Positions 25,663 through 36,858 of a DNA stretch of 64,000 bases are shown in pieces. Numbering within the stretch: position 1 is the stretch's first letter; every line of letters starts with the position of its first letter. The notes under the pieces are model-generated. The model searched no databases and was not told where the DNA came from. It saw only the letters and a program-made list of their open reading frames with translations. A program made the position numbers and the translations under genes. Source of the DNA: Mobula birostris. Taxonomy: Eukaryota. Location: assembly GCF_030028105.1 (NCBI RefSeq), contig NC_092372.1:127705492-127769491 (forward strand), given 5' to 3'.

Positions 25663-25745
25663 TTTGCAACTCTGTTTTAAATGGACGCCCCTCTAGCCTG
25701 AGGCTGTGTCATTTTGTCCTAGACTTCCCCACAACGGGAAATATG

Positions 25746-25851
25746 GTGGTCTCTAGTCCTGCCGAAGGGTTTCGGCCTGAAATGTCACTGCACCTTTTTT
25801 CTGTAGATGCTGCCTGTCCTGCTGAGTTCCTCCAGCATTTTGTGTATGTTG
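25746..25851 (+). mobile_element. Hammerhead-bearing mini-PLE insertion
   Basis: agtcctgccgaagggtttcggcctgaaatgtc plus PLE tail; TSD gggaaatatg / gggaaacatg. Confidence 0.8.
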
Positions 25852-26828
25852 ATGGGAAACATGCTTTCCACATCTACTCTGTCTCGACCTTTCAACATTC
25901 AAAAATGTTTCAATAAGATTCCCCGCTCATCCTTCTAAATTCCAGCGAGTACAGGCCCAAAGTCATCAAACATTCCTTGCATGATAACCCTTTGCTTCCT
26001 AGACTCGTCCTTGTGAACCTCCTCTAAACCCTTTCCAATGCCAGCACATCTTTTGTCAGTTGAGGATCCCAAAACTTTTCACAATGCTCAAGGTAAGGCC
26101 TCACCAGTGCCTTACAAAATGCGCACATCACGTCCCTGCTCTTGTATTCTAGACCTATTGAAATGAATGCTAACATTGAATTTATCTTCCTCACCGCCAT
26201 CTCAACCTGCAAGTTAACCTGCAATTAGGGTGTTCTACACAAGGACTACCAAGTCTCTTCACATATCAGATTTTTGGATTTTCTCCCTGTTCAGAAAATA
26301 GCCTGCACATTTATTTCTACTACCAAAGTGCATGACCATACATTTTCCAACATAGTATTTCATTTGCCACTTCCTTGCCCATTCTCCTGATCTGTCTAAG
26401 TCCTTCTGCATCCTACATGCTTCCTCAACACTACCTGCCCCTCCACCAGGCATTGCACTCTGTGGTCCACATCCCAGCTACTGTTGGGAGGCCTGTATAT
26501 AACTGCCATCACCCTTTCGCCCTTGCAGTTTTTTTAACTCAACCCACAAAGATTCAACATATTCCAATCCAATGTCTCATTTTTCTACCGATTTGATACC
26601 ATTCTTTACATGCAGCGCTACACCACCCCTCTGCCTACCTTCCTATCCCTCCGACACAATGTATAACATTGGACATTTGGCTCCCAGCTACAATTAGCCA
26701 CATCATCATACCTGACAATCTGAAATAGTACAACAAGATCATCCATCTTATTTCTTATGCTCCATGCATTGTGATATTACACTTTGAGTAATGTATTTCC
26801 TACCCTTTTTGATTCTGCATCCCTAATT

Positions 26829-27464
26829 GGGAGGGAGGAGAAGATGGCGGCGCGACGCAGTGCGCGTAGCCTCTCCGGTGAAATGACATTGTATCTGTTA
26901 AATAGGGGCCGTGTACAATTCTGATTTGATGGAGACAGCCGTGAGAGCACGGAGGAACGTCTGGAGTAACTTCTGAAATGCCAGGTTTGCTGCCGCTGCT
27001 ACTGTGCGATCGAGAATCTCCAGAGGGAAGGCCCCAAAATCCTTGGCTTTGCCTGCTGCTGGCGACCCGGGCTGGGGTTAAAGCGTTCGGCAGAGATGGT
27101 GCTCGGTGTCGGAGGGCTGTTCGGAGGCTCGAAGTTTTCAGATGACTCAGAGTCAGACTGCGGTCAGGTGTGGCAGGGAGAGTTTTCTTCCTTCTGCCAT
27201 CTGCGTGAGATGTGGGACTTTTCAGAGACTTTGAACTTTTTTTACTGTGCTCACGGCCTGTTCTTCATCATGTTATGGTATTGTTGCACTGTTGCAACTA
27301 TATGTTATAATTATGTGGTTTTTTTCAGTGTTTCAGTCTTGGTCTGTCCTATGTTTCTGTGACATCACACCGGAGGGAATATTGTATCATTTCTTAATGC
27401 ATGCATTACTAAATGACAATAAAAGGGGACTGCGTGTCCTCATAACCTAATCTAATCATCTAAT
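26829..27464 (+). mobile_element. ~635-bp non-autonomous retroposon with CpG-rich AAGATGGCGG head and (CTAAT)n tail
   Basis: Starts gggagggaggagaagatggcggcgcgacg; AATAAA then ctaatctaatcatctaatctaatt; ctaatt on both sides; interrupts the CR1. Confidence 0.75.
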
Positions 27465-27629
27465 CTAATTCACTAATGCTCACCCTGCTGGCTGTAATTT
27501 TCTCCTATCATCTGCCTGCCTTTCCTGACAGTCTAGCTGCATGCTATCTTTGCTTTTTTACCATCCGTCCTATCTGGCGAAGATGGAGGAATTGAGAGAA
27601 GGCGATGGGGAGGGAGAGAAGGGAACTCC

Positions 27630-28472
27630 CTTCTCTTAGTTCCTTCATCTCCAGGGGATCTGCTCTCAGGATGAGGCTTTTCATTCTAGAACAACTGAGG
27701 TGCCCTCCTTTTTCAAAGAAAGGGGTTCCCTTCCTCCACCATCAATGCCGCCCTCAACCGTATCTGTTCCATTTCACGTACATCTGCTCTTACCCTCCTG
27801 CCACCTCACCAGGGATAGGGTTCCTCTTGTCCTCACCTGCCACTCCACCAGCCTCCACGTCTAGCACATAATTCTGCCATCTACAACAGGATCCCGCCAC
27901 CAAGAACATCATCCCTCTCCGCACCCCCAAGTTCTGCTTTCTGCAGGGATCACTCCCTATGCAACTCCGTTGTCCATTCATCCCTCCCCACTGATCTCCC
28001 TCCTGGCACTTAACCTTGCAAATGGCACAACTTCTACACCTGCCACTACACCACCTCCTTTACTACCATTCAGGACCCTAAACAGTCAGGTTGGAGGAAC
28101 AAAACCTTATATTCCGTTTGATGGCATGAACATCAATTTCTTGAACTTCCAGTAATGCCCCACCCCCCCTTCACCATTTCCCAACCCCTTTTCCTTCTTT
28201 CACCCTATCTCCTCGTCTGCCCATCACCTTCCTCTGGTGCTTCTCTGCCCTTTTCTTTCCTCCATGTCCTTCTGTCTCTTTCACCAATCAACTTCCCAGC
28301 TCTTTACTTCATCCCTCCCCCTTCAGGTTTCACCCGTCACCTTCTGTTTCTCTCTCCCCTCCCCCCCTTTAAATCTACTCCTCAGCCTTTTCTCTCCAGT
28401 CCTGCTGACTGTATTCTTTTCCATAGATGCCGCCTGGTCTGCTGAGTTCCTCCAGCATTTTGTGTGTGTTGT
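27630..28472 (+). mobile_element. Penelope-like 3' fragment with internal deletions
   Basis: Collinear with 38800-39975 (caggatgaggcttttcattc..., ggttggaggaacaa...). Confidence 0.88.
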
Positions 28473-28823
28473 TGAGAACAATGGTGTATCCCCTGGGCTC
28501 CACTCAAACTTGAAAAGAGTTCCTTCAATCTCAATGTGATCTAGCTCATTTGGCCACTTTATTGTGGATGGTGTAAGAAACCAGAGGGGTTTTGTAAAAC
28601 ATGGGTGTGGCATTTTCATTTAACACTATTTTACCCTTGATACGTTTGAGTTTTCCAATGCCACCCTTGAACACTGCTGTGGCATCATCCAGTACCTTTC
28701 CTAATTCACTTGCGGTTGATTTGAGAGCAGGGAATGTAGCATGCAATCAATGGATGGATTGCCATTGAAGTTATAATTATCGTAACCAATCCACCCCCAC
28801 AATGCTGGCCCTCCTGTTTTTAA

Positions 28824-28965
28824 AAACGCAAACACGAGGAAATCTGCAGATGCTGGAAATTCAAGCAACGCACATAAAAAATGCTGGTGAACACAACAGG
28901 CCAGGCAGCATCTATAGGAAGAGGTACAGTTGACGTTTTGGGCCGAGACCCTTCGTCAGGACCAG
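28824..28965 (-). mobile_element. Hammerhead-bearing mini-PLE insertion
   Basis: Minus strand ggtcctgacgaagggtctcggcccaaaacgtcaactg; perfect 10-bp TSD ctgtttttaa (28814-28823 / 28966-28975). Confidence 0.88.
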
Positions 28966-29480
28966 CTGTTTTTAACCATGTAAAAGCCCAAAGTGGCTTG
29001 TTAGTTGTTGTACTTCACTGCTGCAAACATCATTCCCGCAGAAATCACTGTATTTTTTCTCCAGTATAAGTTCTTAGGAGGATATCTGTAGGCTTCAGTT
29101 CAGTATCTTAGAAATGCTTTTCAAACTCATTTTGTGTAATGACTGAAACAGCCTGAGCCACTGTCACTTCTGGTGTCTCGCCATATTGCTTGTTTTCACA
29201 TTTAAATCTCAAAGCTACTCAGTCCTGTGTCACTCTCATCATTATCAGATATTTCATCAACAGCATCCAGATTAGTACTTTAACTGCAAATTGACCTTTC
29301 AGCACTTTCTCTTCCCTGTACAATCCATCTACTTTTGTCTGCTGGATATGCTCTCTTTATGCACCCTACTGTGTTGCATTTTCTTCAAGTTTCGCCTTTA
29401 AACCTACATTAGTCTGGTGTATGTGAGCCTCTGCCATAACAGTAACATAATGTGTTAGGCCAGGCAGGTTTTATTTAGAC

Positions 29481-29559
29481 CAGGGGTTCCCAAACTGTTC
29501 ATGACATGGACCTATTCCATTAAGCAAGGGGTCCGTGGACCCTTGGTTGGGAACTCCTG
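29481..29559. mobile_element. 79-bp hAT (Charlie/MER5-like) MITE
   Basis: TIRs caggggttcccaa / ttgggaactcctg; 8-bp TSD atttagac / gtttagat. Confidence 0.85.
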
Positions 29560-31179
29560 GTTTAGATGTTGCAATTTTGTTCACACTCTCATTCCTGACT
29601 GCAACTCAATTGCGTGACGGACTGCTGTTTCCATTGTTACAGAGATTTCAACTGTTCTTTTAGATGTGAGCTGTGCTTCAATTAGGAGCTATTTTTGAAC
29701 AGATTCTTGTAAGATTCCACAAAATAAATATATCTCTATGTATCATTAAGCCCATCACTGAACTCACAATGTTTCAATTCAGCCTCTTACATTGAAATGG
29801 ACTCCTCTTCATTTTGATTCCACTTATGAAACCTAAACCATTGTGTAATCCACAATGGTTTCAATTCTAAGTGCTCCTGCAATACTTTTACAATATCAGC
29901 AAAACTTATTTCAGCAGGTTTGGTTGGAGAAAACTGTCTGTTCTTCCACCTATTGTACTCAGAAAATCTGGCACTCACTTTTCATTGGTTATTCCATTTT
30001 TGCTTCAAAGCTCTGCCCAATTTGCTTGGTATACAACAACTAGTTATCTTTTGTACAACTGAAAGTGTCTGTCTTTCTGATGTTCTTTCCTTTTAAAATT
30101 CATTACTATTATCACCCGGTACTTACTGTTTATAAGCTCATGAATTTGGTCCATTTTCTGCATTCTCCCTCTAGGCGCTGCCTGACTTTCTGAGCTGGTC
30201 CAGTATTTCCAACTTTATTTCAGATTTCCAGCATCTGCAAATATTTGCTGGGATTACTGTAACTGAGAATGCTGAGATTGCTATGAAAGATGGAGTGTTT
30301 TACTTTGACTAAATGTTGATCTTTCAGTACATCAAATCCTCTGATTTACTTCAGACACCACATTTAATAACTAACTTTGGAAATCCCTCACTAAAATCAT
30401 GGAAATGAATTTCGTGTTGGCTTCAAGGTGATTTATGATTCGTATTTAACATCGGAAGGAAAATTGATGTATAGAATGTATCTAGGATGGATCTTTCTTA
30501 CTAATTTCTTTTCACTTTTTAAATTAATTACTTGTATGCTATTTAAATATTAATGATTGAAAGCATGATATTCGTTGGGAGATGTGCTTTGATACTCTTT
30601 TCCTTAGTTAATCATTTCCCATGATTTTGCTATTATGGAAAGCGCCTCTTTGTGTCCTTGAGGAAGCCGTGATGAGCAGCCTTTCTATACGCTGTTGTCC
30701 TTGCAGTGAAGCTACATTGACAGTGTTGTTGTGTGGTGAGTTTTGTAGGTTCATATCAGCAATAACATATAATTATCACAGTGTCTGTCCACATCTGAAT
30801 ACAATGTGATGTGAAGGGAAATGCAGAGGTTATAGTGTTCCCATGGTCCATTGAAATTGGAGAAGTTACGAATTTCGAACAAGCTGTCAAAAGGCCCTTA
30901 GGCAATATGCACCAAGGTGATGAGAACAAGTGTGTTATACTCGACAGCTGTGTTGATTTATCAGCATGCTATTAAACCCTTTGACTGCTTCGATTTTTAC
31001 GGATCCTTGCAAATGGGGACTACTCCATTATCCTCTGGCCTGGCCTAGGTGGCAGAGTGAGAGGATGTGTCATTTGCCATAGAATATCCAATCTTGAACT
31101 TGATGTGTTCATCTAGTTGGCCTAGTTAAGCCTCTGGTTGACAGTTACTCCCAGAAGGTCAATTATGAAGATTCAGTGA

Positions 31180-31590
31180 AACAAGAGAGACTGCAAACGC
31201 TGGAAATCTGGATCAGCAGACATAAAGTGCTGGAGGAACTCAGAAGGTTGGGAAGAAAATGAATAGTTGACACTTCTGGCTGAGACTAGGACTTGGTGGT
31301 GAGATTGGGATTAGTCCAGAGAGAGCGGAGTGCAGTGCATCCAGAAAATGAAACCCTGCTGAAGGATTTCAGTTAACAATGTTGATTCAAACACCATCTC
31401 TTATAATCTCTACTTTCAGTTAGTCCTGACGAAGGGTCTCGGCCCGAAGCATCGACTGTACTTCTTCCTATAGGTGCTGCCTGGCCTGCTGCGATCCACC
31501 AGCATTTTGTGTGTGCTGCAACAATGTTGACAATTCATTTTCCTCCGTTGATGTTGCCTGACCTGCTGAGTAGCTCCAGAATTTTGTGTA
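31180..31590. mobile_element. Old inverted pair of PLE tails with a younger hammerhead mini-element (31386-31519) nested inside
   Basis: Minus copy 31180-31290; plus copy 31353-31590 interrupted, with 11-bp TSD aacaatgttga. Confidence 0.75.
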
Positions 31591-31594
31591 TGAA

Positions 31595-31937
31595 GATTTA
31601 ATCAAAAAGCAGTCCCTCAAAAAGGCATCCAATTTTAAGGACTCCCATCACCTAGGACGTGCCCTCTTCTCGTTGCTAACATCAAGCATGAGGTACAGGA
31701 GCCTGAAGACACACACTCAGTGTTTCAGGAACAGCTTCTTCCCCTCAGCCATCAGATCTCTGAATGGACACTGAAATCATGGGCACTAACTTCGTATTTT
31801 ACCCCTCTCTTTATTTATTACTTATTTACTTTCAATTATATATATAGTTATTTTATTATTATGTATTGCAACGTGCCACTGAAGCAAAACAACAGATTTC
31901 ACAAAATATGCTAGTGACATTAAATCTGACTGATTCT
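31595..31937 (+). mobile_element. Rex1/Babar 3' fragment
   Basis: ALFSLLTSSMRYRSLKTHTQCFRNSFFPSAIR plus tail. Confidence 0.85.
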
Positions 31938-33293
31938 AATGATTGAACTGCCTGCCAATGCCAAGAGGAAGTTTCATGAAGATGTAAAGAAACTAAAGAT
32001 ACCGGAAACCTGAACTTGAAACAGAAAATGCTAGAAACACCCAGCAAGTCAGGACGCATCTGTGGTTCGAGAAAGAGTTAGTGTTTCAGCTTATCAGGAG
32101 GTGCCTGCATTTGTCTTGCTGGAAGTTATTTACTCATCCAAACGTTGTTCATGCTTTGTTTCAAATGTAACAGAAAACCAGAAGAATCAATTAAACTCCA
32201 CTCCTCTGACCTTGATTTAAGTCAAGATCCAATAAAGTCCTGTGTCTGAGATGGTTGGACACTGACATTTGCCTTGGAATATGAACAGTCTTTTAGAAGC
32301 ACAGGTTTTTATATTTAGAACTATTTATATGCGTAGGTTTATAAATATTAGATTTGTTTCTGCATACTAATCCCACTTCAAAGACAGAGGATATGTTATC
32401 TTCACAAGTGGCTAAAAATGTCAGTCAGCAGTTGTTCCTATTTCGTCCCCTCTGGGCATTTGAAACAGTAAACAATGCTTGTCTTGACTTTTTGAACTTA
32501 CTTTTTATATCTGACATAGCCCAAGAATATGGAAATAATATGCTATGGGGTTAGGTGCAACCGACCAATGAAAGCTAATTTTATAAACCTTGGTTTCAAG
32601 CCAAACAGTGTCTTCATGGACAACGTTAGTGATAAATGGGAACTAGATGATAAACGAGTTGCAAGGATTTATACACTGGATCTACTCTTGGTACAGTTCC
32701 TCTATCATATATACTGTTCAGCCATTTCTCAAAACCTATTGGGTTGGGTCACAAGCAGAAGAGAGAGCTAGCAACTGTATGTAGTGTATATTACATATAA
32801 TATAAGCAGTACATACACTAATTGCATGTGATGCATCTTATCCAAAACTCTGCTGTCAATACCCATCCCCGGTTATGTTCAGGCAGTGCCCCTTAGCTCA
32901 TGCTGGTTTCTGCTCAGTAATGTTTGATGTTCCTGTTCTTATTCTTGTTCCCATAACCCTCTGAGTCTGCTGCTCTCTCTAGCTCTGTAGTCTCAGCTTG
33001 CCCTACAACTTTTCAAGAAAGGAGGGTGTTTTTCAATTAATTTCATTGACTTTAATTTGTGACAGAAGATATCACCTCCCTCTTTCCCCCCACCCTGCTG
33101 GTTGAATTGGAAAATGAACATAAGGTTCTTCATTGGGTTCATGCCATCTTTAGTGTGGGAACTGTAACCACACCGCAACCAGAACCTGTGCTCTATAAAC
33201 TCCCAATCATTCAATGCATGTGAAAGGATTGAACCACTTTCTAATCTATTTTTCTTTCTTTTCAATGACAAAGCCAACGTGGACTTTATTGTC

Positions 33294-33997
33294 GTAAACA
33301 TGAGGAATTCTGCAGATGCTGGAAATTCAAGCAACACACATCAAAGTTGCTGGTGAACGCAGCAGGCCAGGCAGCATCTCTAGAAAGAGGTACAGTCGAC
33401 CTTTTGGGCCGAGACCCTTCATCAGGACTAACTGAAGGAAGAGCTAGGAAGAGATTTGAAAGTGGGAGGGGGAGGGGGAGATCCAAAATTTTAGGAGAAG
33501 ACAGGAGGGGGAGGGATGGAGCCAAGAGCTGGACAGGTGATTGGCAAAAGGGATATGAGTGGATCATGGGACAGGAGGCCCAGAGAGAAGGAAAAGGGGG
33601 AGGGGGGGAACACCCAGAGGATGGGCAAGGGGTATATTAGAGGGACAGAGGGAGAAAAAGGAGAGTGAGAGAAAGAATGTGTGTATATAAATATATAATG
33701 GATGGGGTACAAGGGGGAGGTGGGGCATTAGCAGAAGTTAGAGAAGTCGATGTTCATGCCATCAGGTGGGAGGCTACCCAGACGGAATATAAGGTGTTGT
33801 TCCTCCAACCTGAGTGTGGCTTCATCTTTACAGTAGAGGAGGCCATGGATAGACATATCAGAATGGGAATGGGATGTGGAATTAAAATGTGTGGCCACTG
33901 GGAGATCCTGCTTTCTCTGGCGGACAGAGCGTAGGTGTTCAGCAGAACGATCTCCCAGTCTGCGTCGGGTCTCGCCAATATATAGAAGGCCACATCG
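33294..33997 (-). mobile_element. Young Neptune PLE 3' fragment (GIY-YIG end plus hammerhead tail)
   Basis: CGLLYIGETRRRLGDRSAEHLRSVRQ; close to 39310-39975; 13-bp TSD ggactttattgtc (33281-33293 / 33998-34010). Confidence 0.95.
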
Positions 33998-34187
33998 GGA
34001 CTTTATTGTCATATGTATGCACAGGTGCAATGAAAAACTTACTTGCTGCAGCATCTCAGGTACGTGACATCATATACAATTTTTACAGGTCAGACATAAA
34101 TTATACAAGAAAGAACACACTTTGAATCAGAAAGAAGTCCATTGTAGTGGAAAGTGCTCCAAATGGTCATAGTGTTGCAATGCTCAG

Positions 34188-34432
34188 AAACCCAAGGAAG
34201 TCTGCAGATGTTTGAAATCCAAAGCAACACGCTCAAAATGCCAGAGGAACTCAGCAGGTAAGGCAACATCTATGGAAATGAATAAACAGTCGACATTTCA
34301 GGCCAAGATCCTTCTTCAGAATTCGAGAAGGGTCCTGAAGAAGGGTCTTATTCCAAAATGCTGACTGTTTATTCATTTCCACAGATGCAGCCTGACCTGC
34401 TGAGTTTCTGCAGCATTTTGTGTGTGTGTTGC
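34188..34432. mobile_element. Palindromic dimer of PLE hammerhead tails
   Basis: Minus arm 34188-34323 and plus arm 34331-34432; flanking duplication gtgttgcaatgctcag (34172-34187) / gtgttgctatactcag (34426-34441). Confidence 0.85.
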
Positions 34433-35023
34433 TATACTCAGGTAGTGATTATAGTTTGGTAGATTGTATCAGATATCTAGTCGGGCATTTCACTGCTTGG
34501 CAATGGATACTATTGAACATATCTGAGCTCTTCTTTACAGACAGAAAATTGTCGACTTAAGGTGATTTGTTATCTGGCTAATGGAAATTAATTAACATTT
34601 TTTGAGCTAGAAAGAAGCTGTGATTCATGGCTCTGGTCTATGTTGATTTATCTACAGCTTGCTGAGGGGTCTGGTCACATACTTGCCCTCGTGTGCACCT
34701 GCTTTGTAGTGCATTATTTCAACAGAAATATTAAGCTCGTTGGGCTAGTTATGCCCAATAATAAAGTTGATCAAGGTGCCAGCCAAAAGCCTACAGATCA
34801 TTCCTAGATGGAATGACTGATATAGGAACTTGTAGCCTATTTAGTGCTGACCTATAAGTCAATCTTATGTTGTCAGCAAGTAATATCTGTAACAATCTCA
34901 AGGTGATTCTGGAGGCTTAAAAACATAACTGAGTACTTTATTGCTAAATACAGAAATTAATAAGTATGCTCATGTTACAAGTTGACATCATGATATCTCT
35001 TACACACATGATTTACATATGGA

Positions 35024-35525
35024 CAGGACTGTGCAAAAGCCTTAGATAGATATATAGCTAAGGTAGCTAATATTTGTGTTCAGTTCTGCATTTGTCAATG
35101 TGGAACAGATAGCGCGTTTGTAAATATGGTGGTGTAAAGGGTTTTGGGAATGGCGAGAGTGGAGCACCATAGGAGGAGTGTGGCACAGGTGGTAGAGAGG
35201 GAACACAGGGGAGGGGGATAGCGCGGGTGCAGACACATCCAGCCCTGGGACACCAGGCAAGGTAATTCGATTCCAAACAATTGGATTATTGATCATTACA
35301 GAATGTCACCCTGGTGCTTCCTGCTCTCTCTGCTCTCCCTGCCCCTTCCCTCTCTTGGTCCACAATAGAGACCCATATCAGAATCACTCACATATGTCAT
35401 GAAATTTGTTTTTTTTTGCAGTAGCAGTACAGTGTAATACATAAAATTACTATAGTACTGTGCAAAAGTCTTAGACATTTTAGCTACATGCAATATATGT
35501 GCATAAGACTTTTGCACAGTACAGT
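35024..35525 (+). mobile_element. Mini-MITE-bracketed composite element (best-preserved copy)
   Basis: Left unit caggactgtgcaaaagccttag...cagttctg; right unit tagtactgtgcaaaagtcttag...taagacttttgcacagtacag. Confidence 0.8.
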
Positions 35526-36474
35526 AGATACAAATTTACCGTAGATTCCCAGTGCTGTTTGAGTTGTTCTTAGTCAGAACTAAAGCGAGAAAAGTTACTG
35601 CACTAAGATGGGGACAAAGACTGGTTGTGCCAAACCTCATTTCATTCATCTGGTGTTAGCGAGCTAAAAGTGAGCCCACAAAATCAACTTACAGGCTGAT
35701 ACAGACCACCCACAGTTTTCTTGCCAAATGCCCATAAGATTCAAGCAGGCAAACTGAGGTCTTTAAACAGGTATGATTCAGTTTCAAAATGCAAATACGC
35801 TGCATGCACCCTGCTGCTTTTTAGCAGACAACCGATAAGCCAACAAATTGCTCCAAGCTTGGTTTCAGATGCGCATGGTGACATAGTACAGATAGAATGG
35901 CCAATTTGTTTCGAAAGTACTTTATTTAGAAACTAGAATAGCATTTCCAGTAAGAACAGATCAGCTTGGATTCCCCTCTGCACTGCAGAGGATAATTACA
36001 TTTTGCATTATGAGCCTAACCTCAGTTCTGGCACCTACAGTCGTTTGGTTATTGAGTTCAGTTGCCCAGAGTATTTCCCAATCACTGCCGTGTGGCTTGC
36101 TATGGGCATTAGCACCACATGCCATCTTTTGCATAATAGACCATTTCAAGGTTGTTCAATAGAGGTATCACTCAGAAAGAAAAAGTCAATAGCCAAGAAT
36201 ATAATCTGGAACATCCAAGTGAATACTGTACCATCTGGGGAATCTTTACAATAAAAACCACCCACTCTCCCTGATGTCCTGGACTAACCACACACTTGAT
36301 GCAAAATATTGATCTAAAAATATATTTAATACATGTAATCAAAATATTGTTACCTCGTTACTAGTAACCCTTCTCACGGATGTGATTGGCTGTGCGAATC
36401 TGCTAGCTACCTCATGGCTGCAGATAAATAGGTAGAGGCTGTGATAATGTGTGGCTTGTAGAAACACGTGGGTG

Positions 36475-36858
36475 GATGGGTGGGTATGCGTATGTAGCAA
36501 AGGAGGTGTAAGGCACTCCTTCTGTCTGCTAGCCCTGCAGGTCACCCTTGGGCAAGGTGTAGCACCTACTTAGCACCCCCTGCCCAGCCCACCAGATCAG
36601 GGTCATGTGAAGCCATGGGAGCAGGTAGTAGATTGCTGTATGAGCAGCTGGTACAGATCACAAGTCCTGGTTATGCGACCACTGACACATGCAGACGATC
36701 TCTGAAGAGTATTGATAATGGCTGTGGCCACCCATCTTGTAAAGACACTGCCCAGAAGAACCAATGACAAACTACTTCTGTAGAAAAATTTGCCAAGAAA
36801 TATCATGATCACCATGACTCCCCACGCATGACATAATAATAATGATGATGATGATGAT
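36475..36858 (+). mobile_element. Non-autonomous RTE-type retroposon with (AAT)n(GAT)n tail
   Basis: 3' block aatgacaaactacttctgtagaaaaatttgccaagaaa resembles RTE/BovB ends (aatggcaaaccactcc...ttgccaagaaaa); no Pol III boxes evident. Confidence 0.65.

Larger units (their letters stand above)
24547..27575 (-). mobile_element. CR1 LINE (deleted, with three nested insertions)
   Basis: 3' tail ataagaccatagaccataagac; KALVRPYLEHCEKFWDP, QKDLDRSGEWARKWQMKYYVGKCMVMHFG, NFFSQRVVNLWNLLP. Confidence 0.9.
22140..30150 (-). mobile_element. Old Gypsy internal relic (gag-PR-RT pieces) shattered by many later insertions
   Basis: Minus-strand pieces in the correct order: gag 29580-30060 (KPAEISFADIVKVLQEHLE), zinc knuckles ~29360-29450, protease 28970-29180, VFKGGIGKLK 28480-28810, IITG..LQNLKILLK 24486-24545, KCELFKPSI 23080-23115, TYCGH...QLRSFLGFVNYYNKFL 22245-22393. 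Confidence 0.8.

Noticed and set aside
30640-31170. Possible old LINE 3' region on the minus strand
   Set aside because: Only a faint resemblance to shark LINE ends; boundaries and family cannot be supported without a profile search.
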